From: Candidatus Xenobia bacterium
Lineage (GTDB): Bacteria > Vulcanimicrobiota > Xenobia > Xenobiales > QWHO01
Length of the DNA stretch: 23,830 bases
Direction: 5' to 3'
Assembly: GCA_045863235.1 (NCBI GenBank)
Contig: BTUM01000108.1
Span: 1 to 23,830 of the forward strand
Part shown: piece by piece, positions 9,274 through 17,233 of the stretch
How the letters are laid out: every line of letters starts with the position of its first letter
How positions within the stretch are numbered: the first letter of the stretch is position 1
Made by a program: the position numbers and the translations under genes
The notes under the pieces: model-generated
Told to the model about the DNA's origin: nothing
The model's input: only the letters and a program-made list of their open reading frames with translations
Database searches by the model: none

Positions 9274-9275
9274 AA

Positions 9276-9956
9276 ATGCCGGTAGCCATCGCGCGCTACA
9301 AGACCTGGCCTGGCTTCTTTGACTGGACGCCTTTCGCCCTGGTGCGACCGGCCCTGCCCGCCGAGCAACTCGAGGCATTGCGCGAGTGCGTGCTCAGCTC
9401 CCCTTACCTGGCGGCCAACAACCTCAATCACCGCTTCTCGGGCACGCGCGGATTCTCGGTGGTCTTCACTGCGGAAGGTCGAGCCCGCGTGGCCCGCGAG
9501 TTCCCCCTGTTCGACCAGTACCTGAGCCAGATTCTGCACCCACGCTGCAACGCATTCTTCCTCAACCCCCTGGTGGTGGTCGGGGGCTCGCGGGTGGCTC
9601 CCCACGTGGATCGCAGCCTGCGCTCGTACACCCGGCCTGCAGAGCCCCCCAATCCGGTGCGCGTGGTCGTGCTCTATCTCCAGGTGCCGGAGAAGCTCAC
9701 GGGAGGGCACCTCATCCTGCACAGCAACCGGCCCCTGGTGGACATCGAGCCCGAGGTCAACAAGATGGTGTTCTTTCGAGGGGACCTGCGCCACGAGGTC
9801 ACCGAGCTCGAGGCCCAGGAAGGCCAGGAGCGGGTGAGCCTGGTCTGCGAGCAGTACCGGTTGCCGCCGGCTCTGCTAGAGAGCATCCCGAGCTTTGAGA
9901 TCCGCTCCAAGCGCCCCTTCGAGGACTTTCTGCAGGCCGAGCTCGACCGGACGTAA
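9276..9956 (+). CDS. 2OG-Fe(II) oxygenase superfamily protein
   Basis: HxD (PHVD), VVVLYL...GGHL strands, distal His (LRHEV) and RxS (ERVSLV) 2OG-binding motif. Confidence 0.85.
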   Translation: MPVAIARYKTWPGFFDWTPFALVRPALPAEQLEALRECVLSSPYLAANNLNHRFSGTRGFSVVFTAEGRARVAREFPLFDQYLSQILHPRCNAFFLNPLVVVGGSRVAPHVDRSLRSYTRPAEPPNPVRVVVLYLQVPEKLTGGHLILHSNRPLVDIEPEVNKMVFFRGDLRHEVTELEAQEGQERVSLVCEQYRLPPALLESIPSFEIRSKRPFEDFLQAELDRT

Positions 9957-10027
9957 ACACAGGTGTAACAAACTTTACCACCCCCGCGGGCTATAGTTGG
10001 AACGCAAATCGCCCAGCGGAGGAACCA

Positions 10028-11803
10028 ATGCAGATCAGCTCCCTGTCCCTGAACGCCGCGCGCCCCCAGTCGGCCTGCGGGTGCTCGCAGCCGCACACGC
10101 CCGGCGCCCCCGGCGACCGTTTCATTCGCAACGAGGAGCCCCCTGCTCCGCCGGTTCCCCCCACTCCTCCCGCGCCTGAGCCTCCGCCCGCGCCCGAGCC
10201 TCCGCCCGCTCCCGAGCCCCCGCCGGCTCCCGAGCCTCCGCCCGAGCCCTCCCCCAACGTACAGGTGAAGGTCTACCCGCAGGACCCCCGCGTCTCTCCG
10301 CCGGTGACCATCGACTTCGCCCGCGGCAACATCGGCGCCGAGCTCGGTGGCGATCGGGTCCGCATCGCCGACATCGGGCACGAGATCGCCCGTCCGGACG
10401 AGAACGGCAACTACCTCTTCGAGCCCAACACGCCTCAGTTCTCGCAGGTGAACGCCCACGCGGTGACCTACAACACGCTCGAGCTGATGCAGCAATACCA
10501 CGGCGGCGCCATCGAGTGGTCCTTCGGCGGCCCCACCCTGGAGGTCGTGCCCCACAAGCAGGAAGGCCGAAACGCCTACTACTCCCGCTGGGAAGGCTCC
10601 ACCAACTTCTTCTACTTCGACTCGCCCACTCAGGGCATCCACGTGAAGACCGCCAACTCGACCGACGTGGTCTCGCACGAGGCCGGCCACGCCATCCTCG
10701 ACGGCCTCAAGCCCGGCTACTTCAGCACCTGGGATGAGGAGACCGGTGGCTTCCACGAGGCCTTCGGCGACTGCGCCGCGATGCTGGTCAACCTCCAGAG
10801 CCCGGAAAACCGCTCCAAGATCATGGATCAGACCGGCGGCAACCTGCGCACGCCCAACATCCTGGCCGGCCTGGCCGAGGAGTTCGGGTTCTCCAACCGG
10901 GCCGACAACCAGAACCCGGCCGACGACGGCAAGGAGTACCTGCGCACCGCCCTGAACGGCTTCAAGTACAAACCGGCCAGCGAGTTCCCGCCGGGCAAGG
11001 GCACCGACGACACCATGACCCGCGAGGTGCACTCCTTCTCGCGCATCTTCTCGGCCGGCTTCTACGACGTCCTGGACGGCGTCTACCAGCAGGGCATCTT
11101 CGAAGAGAGGCAGTGCCCGGCCGATGCGCTGAAGTACGCCGCCGACGTGGTGGGACCGCTGTTCATGAAGAGCATCTCCATGGGCTCGGCCAACCAGGCC
11201 CGCTACAAGGACATCGCCCTGGGCATGATCCAGGCCGACCAGCAAAACAACAACGGCAAGTACTCCGACATCATCAAGAAGGCCTTCCTGGACCGCGAGA
11301 TCCTGACTCAGGAAGACCTGGCTCCCCCGCCGCCTCCTCCGACGCTGCAGCTCGACAAGCCGCTGGCCTCCAAGGAGGATGCGCTCGAGTTCGTAACCGC
11401 CAACGCCGACAAGCTCCAGGTTCCGGCCGAAGCCAACTACCAGGTTCAGAACGTGTACAAGAACGGCAAAGGCGAGACCTTCGTCAACGTGCTCATCCCG
11501 CAGGAGGTTCCCGTGCAGGGCGTGGCCGGCTACGAAGGCTTCACCACCGACATCAACGGCGGCCTGACCCTGGCCTTCGACGCCCAGGGCAAGCTGATGA
11601 ACTGCAAGTACACCCCCGTCACCGCTGAGAGCATCCAGCAGGAGATGGCCGGTATCGAGCAACTCAAGGATACCGGCAAGATCCAGGAGCGCGGCGTGTT
11701 CAACAGCACCAACCCGAACGGCAGCATCTTCAAGGGCTTCGTCAAGGGCCAGAAGCTGGTGCGCGTGCCGGTGGCCAACGGCTGCGCCGGGCACGACCAC
11801 TAA
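10028..11803 (+). CDS. Gluzincin metalloendopeptidase, M4 (thermolysin)/M36-like, with an N-terminal Pro-rich linker
   Basis: NAYY, DVVSHEAGHAILD (HExxH), GGFHEAFGD (third ligand Glu) and EVHSFS. GGAGG precedes the ATG; strong C/G-ending codon bias. Confidence 0.9.
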   Translation: MQISSLSLNAARPQSACGCSQPHTPGAPGDRFIRNEEPPAPPVPPTPPAPEPPPAPEPPPAPEPPPAPEPPPEPSPNVQVKVYPQDPRVSPPVTIDFARGNIGAELGGDRVRIADIGHEIARPDENGNYLFEPNTPQFSQVNAHAVTYNTLELMQQYHGGAIEWSFGGPTLEVVPHKQEGRNAYYSRWEGSTNFFYFDSPTQGIHVKTANSTDVVSHEAGHAILDGLKPGYFSTWDEETGGFHEAFGDCAAMLVNLQSPENRSKIMDQTGGNLRTPNILAGLAEEFGFSNRADNQNPADDGKEYLRTALNGFKYKPASEFPPGKGTDDTMTREVHSFSRIFSAGFYDVLDGVYQQGIFEERQCPADALKYAADVVGPLFMKSISMGSANQARYKDIALGMIQADQQNNNGKYSDIIKKAFLDREILTQEDLAPPPPPPTLQLDKPLASKEDALEFVTANADKLQVPAEANYQVQNVYKNGKGETFVNVLIPQEVPVQGVAGYEGFTTDINGGLTLAFDAQGKLMNCKYTPVTAESIQQEMAGIEQLKDTGKIQERGVFNSTNPNGSIFKGFVKGQKLVRVPVANGCAGHDH

Positions 11804-11807
11804 GACC

Positions 11808-11836
11808 TTGCATGCTCTGGGGGGCTCTGCTATACT
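11808..11836 (+). promoter_or_regulatory. Sigma70-type promoter of tRNA-Pro
   Basis: TTGCAT (11808-11813), 17-bp spacer ending in TGC, TATACT (11831-11836), 7 nt before the tRNA. Confidence 0.8.
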
Positions 11837-11843
11837 CCGCCTG

Positions 11844-11921
11844 CGGGGTGTAGCTCAGCCTGGATAGAGCACTAGCATGGGGCGCTAGGGGCCCGCGGTT
11901 CAAATCCGCGCACTCCGACCA
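11844..11921 (+). tRNA. tRNA-Pro (anticodon GGG)
   Basis: Acceptor stem CGGGGTG/CACTCCG, discriminator A and encoded CCA. D arm GCTC/GAGC, anticodon arm CTAGC-ATGGGGC-GCTAG, T arm CGCGG-TTCAAAT-CCGCG. Confidence 0.97.
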
Positions 11922-11956
11922 ACGGTCGTTAAACAGCGCGATACCCCACGCGCAAG

Positions 11957-11993
11957 AGAAGCCAGCTTGAAACTCAGGTTGGCTTCTTTCTTT
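11957..11993 (+). terminator. Intrinsic terminator downstream of tRNA-Pro
   Basis: AGAAGCCAGCTTGA-AAC-TCAGGTTGGCTTCT: 14-bp stem (two G-U pairs) followed by TTCTTT. Confidence 0.75.
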
Positions 11994-12086
11994 CATGTCA
12001 AGGGCGCGATACCCACCCGGCGGTGTCTGTGAGGTGCGCCGAATCGCATTCAGCTTAAGTTCAGACCCCAACGTTAACCTGATCGC

Positions 12087-12824
12087 GTGAGGGTCAATCC
12101 CGTAATTCTCCGGACTTCGCCGGCGCCCCAGAGACGCCCCCAATCTGTGGGCGAGGTGGATACCTTTGCCCAGTCGGTTCTCGGGCAGGTAGCCAACGGA
12201 CTCAGCATCGGCAGGGAAATGTCCCGATTCTTGAGTTTTCCGGCCGTTCTTTATGCCGGCGTTGTGGGCGCCGCCGCGCTCACCGAGAGCTTGTCCCAGG
12301 GGCTGACTCCCGGGCTCGCGGCAGCAACGGTCAACTATGGCCAGCCGCTCATCGGGAGTATCTTTGCCGGCGGTGCGGCGGGTAAGGCGTGCCTGGTCCT
12401 TGGAGCTCTGCCCGCTTTCGGGACCTGGTACAGGGGAGCCTCGACCCCTTCGCATCCCCACGCTCGCTGGACAGTCCGCACGATGGCCACAGTGGCCTCT
12501 ATTGTCCCGGGTGCGGGAGCGGCACTCCTGGCTCACTCGTTGGGAATGGGCATACCCGTCACCGCCGCGATGGGACTTCTGGGGGCGGGCGCAGGCGGGC
12601 TGGGAGCTTTGCACGGCATCTCGCAACTCTATCAGTTCGGACTCCATATGGCGATGAGATTGGGGCATGTCCCGGGCGACAAGAAGGTGACTGGTGCTCA
12701 GATCAAACAGCAGGTGGTGGCACTGAGCGAGCACCTGCGACCCCAGACGGCCACGCTGGTTGAGGAAACGGCTCGGGAGGTCTGTATCCGTGGGGTCCGG
12801 ATCAAGCGGCGAACCTCCGCTTAA
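12087..12824 (+). CDS. Hypothetical membrane protein (Gly/Ala-rich hydrophobic helices)
   Basis: 245-aa ORF with a GTG start and several Gly/Ala-rich hydrophobic segments; no family recognised. Confidence 0.6.
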   Translation: MRVNPVILRTSPAPQRRPQSVGEVDTFAQSVLGQVANGLSIGREMSRFLSFPAVLYAGVVGAAALTESLSQGLTPGLAAATVNYGQPLIGSIFAGGAAGKACLVLGALPAFGTWYRGASTPSHPHARWTVRTMATVASIVPGAGAALLAHSLGMGIPVTAAMGLLGAGAGGLGALHGISQLYQFGLHMAMRLGHVPGDKKVTGAQIKQQVVALSEHLRPQTATLVEETAREVCIRGVRIKRRTSA

Positions 12825-13153
12825 AAGTCAGGCGACGGCGACGCTTACGCCTGATTTGAGTTTATCCGAGAGGGGGCTCGAGCAGGCACCGAGTCCGATG
12901 CCGTTCATGGTATCGCCGCTTGTGGGCATCGGTCAGGAACTGGTTCGCAGAGAACGGTCTGGGACTGCCGATGTCTATCCCGCGCAGCATTATCTCATCC
13001 AGGATCCTATGGGGGAGAGGGACGAGACGTCGATGATGAGGCTCGACGCGATGCCTACTTACTGCGGGCGGCAACCGATCGTCGTCTGAAGCATCACCAA
13101 GAAAGGCGCGGTAGGCAGGCCCGATATTGGAGCGCAGGGAACTCCTCCAGTGA

Positions 13154-13687
13154 ATGCTCAATCCGCTCTACACATTGGAGGACCTGGAGTCGCTGGAAGG
13201 GGACTTCGAGCTGGATGAAGGAAGGCTCGTTCCGGCGACTCAGCCCAAGAGACGACACGGCAAGGTCTGCGCACGCTTGGCCATGCGCCTCGGCAACCAT
13301 TGTGAAGGTACCGGGCAGGGCGAAGTGCTTTCCAACGACACCGGATTCATCCTGCAGCGCGACCCGGACACTCTCCGCGGCCCGGACGTGGCGGTGATCC
13401 GAGCGGAACGTCTCAAAGACCTGTCCGAGGACTGCCACCCGGAGATGGCTCCTGACATCGCCGTGGAAGTGCACAGCCCATCCAACTCCGCGGGAGACCT
13501 GCAGCGCAAGGTGGGTCAGTACCTCAATGCCGGGGCTATCCTGGTTTGGGTCCTCTACCCGGAGCGACGCTCAGCGGCCGTTTACACCGGGGACGGCTTG
13601 GTCCAGCTCCTGTCGGAAGACCAGGACATTGCGGGGGAGCCGGTCCTACCAGGCTTCCGGTGCCCGTTGTCCGACCTCTTCCGCTGA
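13154..13687 (+). CDS. Uma2 family (DUF820) PD-(D/E)xK putative endonuclease
   Basis: FELDEGRLV, P..RHG, GPDVAV, PDIAVEVHSPS, KVGQYLNAG, LVWVLYP, PVLPGFRCPLSDLF. Confidence 0.93.
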   Translation: MLNPLYTLEDLESLEGDFELDEGRLVPATQPKRRHGKVCARLAMRLGNHCEGTGQGEVLSNDTGFILQRDPDTLRGPDVAVIRAERLKDLSEDCHPEMAPDIAVEVHSPSNSAGDLQRKVGQYLNAGAILVWVLYPERRSAAVYTGDGLVQLLSEDQDIAGEPVLPGFRCPLSDLFR

Positions 13688-13704
13688 CGAGAGTCCCGAC
13701 TCCA

Positions 13705-13754
13705 GGGAGGCTTCCACCCGAAGTCCACGGCACGGAAAGACTCAAATCCGCGCA
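13705..13754 (+). repeat. att-like 50-bp element, copy A (37-bp arm plus 13-bp tRNA-Pro core)
   Basis: gggaggcttccacccgaagtccacggcacggaaagactcaaatccgcgca; 45/50 identical to 17181-17230 by hand alignment. Confidence 0.9.
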
Positions 13755-13799
13755 TCGATTTGTCGGCCGAGAATCGTCACCATTCGCACTCGTCCCAGG

Positions 13800-16313
13800 T
13801 CAGGGCATGATAGTCCCCACTGTAAGCGGGGAGCCGACTTCAGGGAACGGTTGTGCCGGCACCGGATTCAGCAGCCCAGTATCCGGGTCGATTCGAAACG
13901 CCGAGGTGCTGTTCGAACCAGCGTTGGCCACGTAGAGGAAGCTCCCATCCGGGGTCACGGCGGCTTGCAGGGGAAGACTGCCGACCGCGACTGGGGACCC
14001 CAGGGGGGAGAGCGAGCCATCGGCCGCAATCGCCAGAGGAACCAGGACGTCCCCACCCGTGAATGTGAAGTCTGGTCGCAGCACGTACAGGAAACGTCCG
14101 TTGGGGTGTACCGTGGCGAAGCGCGGACCGGATCCGACCGTGAAGGGGGAGCCCGTGACGGGCGTAGGAACGCCCGTAGCCGGGTCAAGGCTCACCGCGA
14201 TCACCTGGCCTCCATTGTTGTTGGTCAGGCCGTAAAAGAACCGGCCGTCGGGTGTGGGGGTCCCGCCATTGCCCATGCCGAGGGCGAACGGCGAGCCCTG
14301 CACCGCGGTGGGGGTGCCGTCTGCCCCCAGTTGGTAGACCGAGAACGCATCCCGGGCCGCGCACAGGTATTCGCCCGAGGAGAGCCCCACCAGGCTGATC
14401 GTCCCCAGGCTGCCCGGTACCGCGAAGGGAGCGCCAGGCGTGAGCGAACCGGTGGCCGGGTCTCGTTGAAAGATCCGCGCGCTCGTGTTGTTCAGGACAG
14501 CCACCAGGCTACCGCTCGGAGAAACCGCCACAGGCCCTGGAGCAGCTCCCCCGGTCGAGTAGGGGGAGCCGGGGGAGGAAGTGAGCGTCCCATCCTCGCC
14601 GACATTGGTGGCCACGAGGATTCCGCCCGACTGGTTGGAGGTGTAGACGGTCGCGGCCCCGCCCAGGTGCGCAGGCACCGTGGCCAGGCCCAGCCCTCCG
14701 CCGACCTGAAGATTGCCGACCTTGTCGCCGAGGGCGCCGTCCGGCCCCATGGAACGACCATAGAGGAATCCTCCGGAGTCCGTTTCCAGCACGAACTGGG
14801 GACAGGGACGGACATGAATGGTCAGATCCTGCGTCAGGTTGACCAGACCCAGAAGTCCGTCCGAACCGTTGAGGGCCAGGTCCAAGAGACCGATCACTGG
14901 GCTCACGACGAACGTCCCGACGCTGATCGCATTGCCATGGATGTCCGAAGTCAGCCTGAATCTCGCTTTGAAGGTCTTTCCGCCGACCTCGGGATTGGGG
15001 GTCCAAGTAAAGACGTGTCCTCCGACCCGGGAGCGCTCGGCAGGTACGAATTTGGCCCGGGGAGGCAAAATCTCGGCCACGAGATTGTAGGGGTTGTGCG
15101 TCGGATAGACCCTCGTATTGACACTGTAGTATCCCCGCAAGGTCAGCGCCACCGTCGGTGAGCTGCGGTCCACCTGAACGCCGTAAACCGGGATCGATAC
15201 CGTCTCTCCACAGTCGATCGTAATCTCATCGACCGGCTTCGTGACCCGGAAGAGCTCGAGTGGAGTGGATACAGTGCCGCGTTGAAAACCGGTCAGGTTG
15301 GGCTTGCCGATCGACTGGTAGGCAGCTTCCATCAATCCGACGCAGCTGAATTCTCGGCCCTGAGTGATGGCTCCGTCCCCGGTTGCGCTGTAGTCCCTCC
15401 CGAGCTGGTCGAGCGCGAACTTGAGCACGGCTTCCCGTTCGCTTGCGCTCAAAGCGCCAGCCGGCCGCCTGGGCCCCATGTAGATGTGCCCGGGGAACAC
15501 GCGGAACAGATCCAGTCGGTCGGTTCGAACGCCGACGGTGGTTCCCTCGACGGAAGTGGACTCGACGAGGGCCCTGCTGTCGCCGCCGGGAATGGCTTTC
15601 CCCCCATACATCGCGACGTGGCCGGGCCGCCAGCGAGACCATCGAGTGTCCTGACCGGGAACAATGGCATCGGCGGTCAACGTGAACAAGAGATCTCCGG
15701 GCAGGAGAAACTTCTCCGGAATGTCCATGACCAGGTAAGAAAGTTCATCCACGGCATAAACACCGTAAATGACCGTGAAATGACTCAGAGCCAGGCTGAC
15801 TGTGCCCGCCTGCTCATCCACCCCGATGACGATGGCATCCCGCCAGTTTGTCCGCTCGGAGCCAAGATCTTCGATGGGATTGAGCTGGCTGGACTCGTAG
15901 AACTGGACGCGCGGGTCCTGGCCGTTGACACGCTGGACGGGGACCGTCAGCGTGACCGGCTGATTGAAGGTCAGACCATTGGGCTCCAGGAGATAGACCA
16001 GTTGTCGGCTATCGGGCCCCTGATTGTCTGGGATCGTTACAGTGATGGTCGTGTCAGCGCCGAGCGCCCCAGGCGGAAAATCCAGAAAGGCCCCATCGGG
16101 CAACGCCATACGTCCACCCGACGCGGCAGGGACCAGGGCGCTGGCGCCCAGACCCCGGTCCCCTGTCGGGGACGTGGTGACCACGAGCGCCGAATTGGCC
16201 GGGGCGGGGATGGGAAGCGGAGTGACAGGTAAACCATCGCCCGTGGCAAGGTCCGAGCCTGAGCAGCCCCAAAGCAAGGAAAGAATAACAACAAGACCAA
16301 TGAGCTTTCGCAT
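13800..16313 (-). CDS. Large lipoprotein: ZU5-like region, permuted NlpC/P60 (YiiX/YebB-like) papain-fold domain, and C-terminal lactonase-type beta-propeller
   Basis: Lipobox LWGC after MRK and a hydrophobic stretch. GGRMALPDGAFLDFPPGAL...LEPNGLTFNQPVTLTVP is ZU5-like. PGDLLF...GHVAMY...LGRDY...FSCVGLMEAAY has His before Cys (permuted NlpC/P60). Repeats of P..G.FLYV / GSPF mark the propeller. GGAGG upstream. Confidence 0.85.
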   Translation of the reverse strand: MRKLIGLVVILSLLWGCSGSDLATGDGLPVTPLPIPAPANSALVVTTSPTGDRGLGASALVPAASGGRMALPDGAFLDFPPGALGADTTITVTIPDNQGPDSRQLVYLLEPNGLTFNQPVTLTVPVQRVNGQDPRVQFYESSQLNPIEDLGSERTNWRDAIVIGVDEQAGTVSLALSHFTVIYGVYAVDELSYLVMDIPEKFLLPGDLLFTLTADAIVPGQDTRWSRWRPGHVAMYGGKAIPGGDSRALVESTSVEGTTVGVRTDRLDLFRVFPGHIYMGPRRPAGALSASEREAVLKFALDQLGRDYSATGDGAITQGREFSCVGLMEAAYQSIGKPNLTGFQRGTVSTPLELFRVTKPVDEITIDCGETVSIPVYGVQVDRSSPTVALTLRGYYSVNTRVYPTHNPYNLVAEILPPRAKFVPAERSRVGGHVFTWTPNPEVGGKTFKARFRLTSDIHGNAISVGTFVVSPVIGLLDLALNGSDGLLGLVNLTQDLTIHVRPCPQFVLETDSGGFLYGRSMGPDGALGDKVGNLQVGGGLGLATVPAHLGGAATVYTSNQSGGILVATNVGEDGTLTSSPGSPYSTGGAAPGPVAVSPSGSLVAVLNNTSARIFQRDPATGSLTPGAPFAVPGSLGTISLVGLSSGEYLCAARDAFSVYQLGADGTPTAVQGSPFALGMGNGGTPTPDGRFFYGLTNNNGGQVIAVSLDPATGVPTPVTGSPFTVGSGPRFATVHPNGRFLYVLRPDFTFTGGDVLVPLAIAADGSLSPLGSPVAVGSLPLQAAVTPDGSFLYVANAGSNSTSAFRIDPDTGLLNPVPAQPFPEVGSPLTVGTIMP

Positions 16314-16505
16314 TCCCCACCTCCACGAGCCTGTAGGCTTCGGTTCGAAGAGAGGTTCCCCTATGTGTCAGTTGTGCTCGAACGCCGAGTCGTTGAACGG
16401 CGCCCCTCCTCGGGCGTAGCCTCGTTGAGCGTATGGGTAACGTGCTCGCGCACCAGGGCCAAAGAGAACTGAACTGAACGGACCGGTCGGCTTCAAGCTG
16501 ACAAA

Positions 16506-16745
16506 TCATCCCCATCTCCTGAACGATGCCAGATCCTCGTTCTTCAGGGCCTGTAGCTTATCTTTAACCTCGGGAGTGCGCGGAAACATCTCTCTACGCT
16601 GCGGAAAAGGTCGAGAACCTCGTGAATGCCATTGCCGAGGATATCGCCCCGGTGGCATGCTCAGCATGGCCTCGATGCGCTCGATCCTGGTGACGAGGCG
16701 GGGATCGAGGCTCTTCAAAGTTTCCATGATCTCGGCCAGGGACAT
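16506..16745 (-). CDS. Possible small hypothetical protein or gene remnant
   Basis: 79-aa ORF with GAGGT upstream and an amphipathic-looking N-terminus; no family recognised; lies in a decayed part of the island. Confidence 0.3.
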   Translation of the reverse strand: MSLAEIMETLKSLDPRLVTRIERIEAMLSMPPGRYPRQWHSRGSRPFPQRREMFPRTPEVKDKLQALKNEDLASFRRWG

Positions 16746-16859
16746 TCATTCCGATACCTCATCAGCCAGCGCCAAGCGATCCAACTCGCCTCGACGCTGC
16801 TCCCTCCGTCCCAACTCAGTCGACCAGCAGACAGGTCGACCTCTTCTTTCTTCAGTCAG

Positions 16860-17171
16860 TTCCCGGAGCCGGAGACTTACGACCCGGAGGTCGGTCCCTG
16901 GCCCGACCTGGCCCTGGAGATCGAGGTGACCCGGAGCGCCCTGGATCGAATGGCCATCTATCGGGACCTCTCGATCCGCGAGGTCTGGCGCTACTCGCCC
17001 CGGCATGAGATCTGCATCGAGCGCCTCGGGCCGGACGGCTATTCCGCGTCCGAGACAAGCGTGGTCCTTCCCGGGCTGAAGGTATACGAGCTCCCGCGCT
17101 TCGTGCAACTGGGGTTTCAGGACGGGCCGCGGGCCATGTTGAAGGCCTTCAAAGCCTGGCTGTCCCTATGA
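16860..17171 (+). pseudogene. 5'-truncated Uma2 family gene (C-terminal half, different subfamily from 13154-13687)
   Basis: PDLALEIEVTRSALDRMAIYRDLSIREVWRY...GY...SVVLPGL matches the C-terminal half of Uma2 proteins. The upstream in-frame sequence lacks the N-terminal Uma2 motifs and a credible start. Left boundary approximate. Confidence 0.75.
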
Positions 17172-17180
17172 GCTTGCGGT

Positions 17181-17233
17181 GGAAGGCTTCCACCCGAGGT
17201 TCAGCGCACGGAAAGACTCAAATCCGCGCACTC
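17181..17233 (+). repeat. att-like element, copy B (37-bp arm plus 16-bp tRNA-Pro 3' core); probable distal island boundary
   Basis: ggaaggcttccacccgaggttcagcgcacggaaagactcaaatccgcgcactc; the last 16 nt are identical to tRNA 11900-11915. Confidence 0.9.

Larger units (their letters stand above)
11900..17233. mobile_element. Genomic island (probably two tandem units) inserted at the 3' end of tRNA-Pro; no integrase gene in the window
   Basis: TCAAATCCGCGCACTC (tRNA 11900-11915) is repeated exactly at 17218-17233, and its first 13 nt recur at 13742-13754. The cargo is accessory-type: Uma2 genes, a large lipoprotein and gene fragments. Confidence 0.75.

Noticed and set aside
9674..11800. 708-aa minus-strand ORF
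   Set aside because: Antisense shadow of the strongly codon-biased metallopeptidase gene; no recognisable motifs.
12760..13161. Short ORFs between the membrane protein and Uma2 genes
   Set aside because: No motif or convincing RBS, and they overlap on both strands; cannot be supported.
13527..16232. Plus-strand ORFs 13527-15161 and 15282-16232
   Set aside because: Antisense shadows of the lipoprotein gene; no integrase or other motif found.
16626..16859. N-terminal part of the 181-aa ORF 16626-17171 as a full-length Uma2
   Set aside because: It lacks the N-terminal Uma2 motifs; only the C-terminal half is homologous, so it is called a truncated gene.
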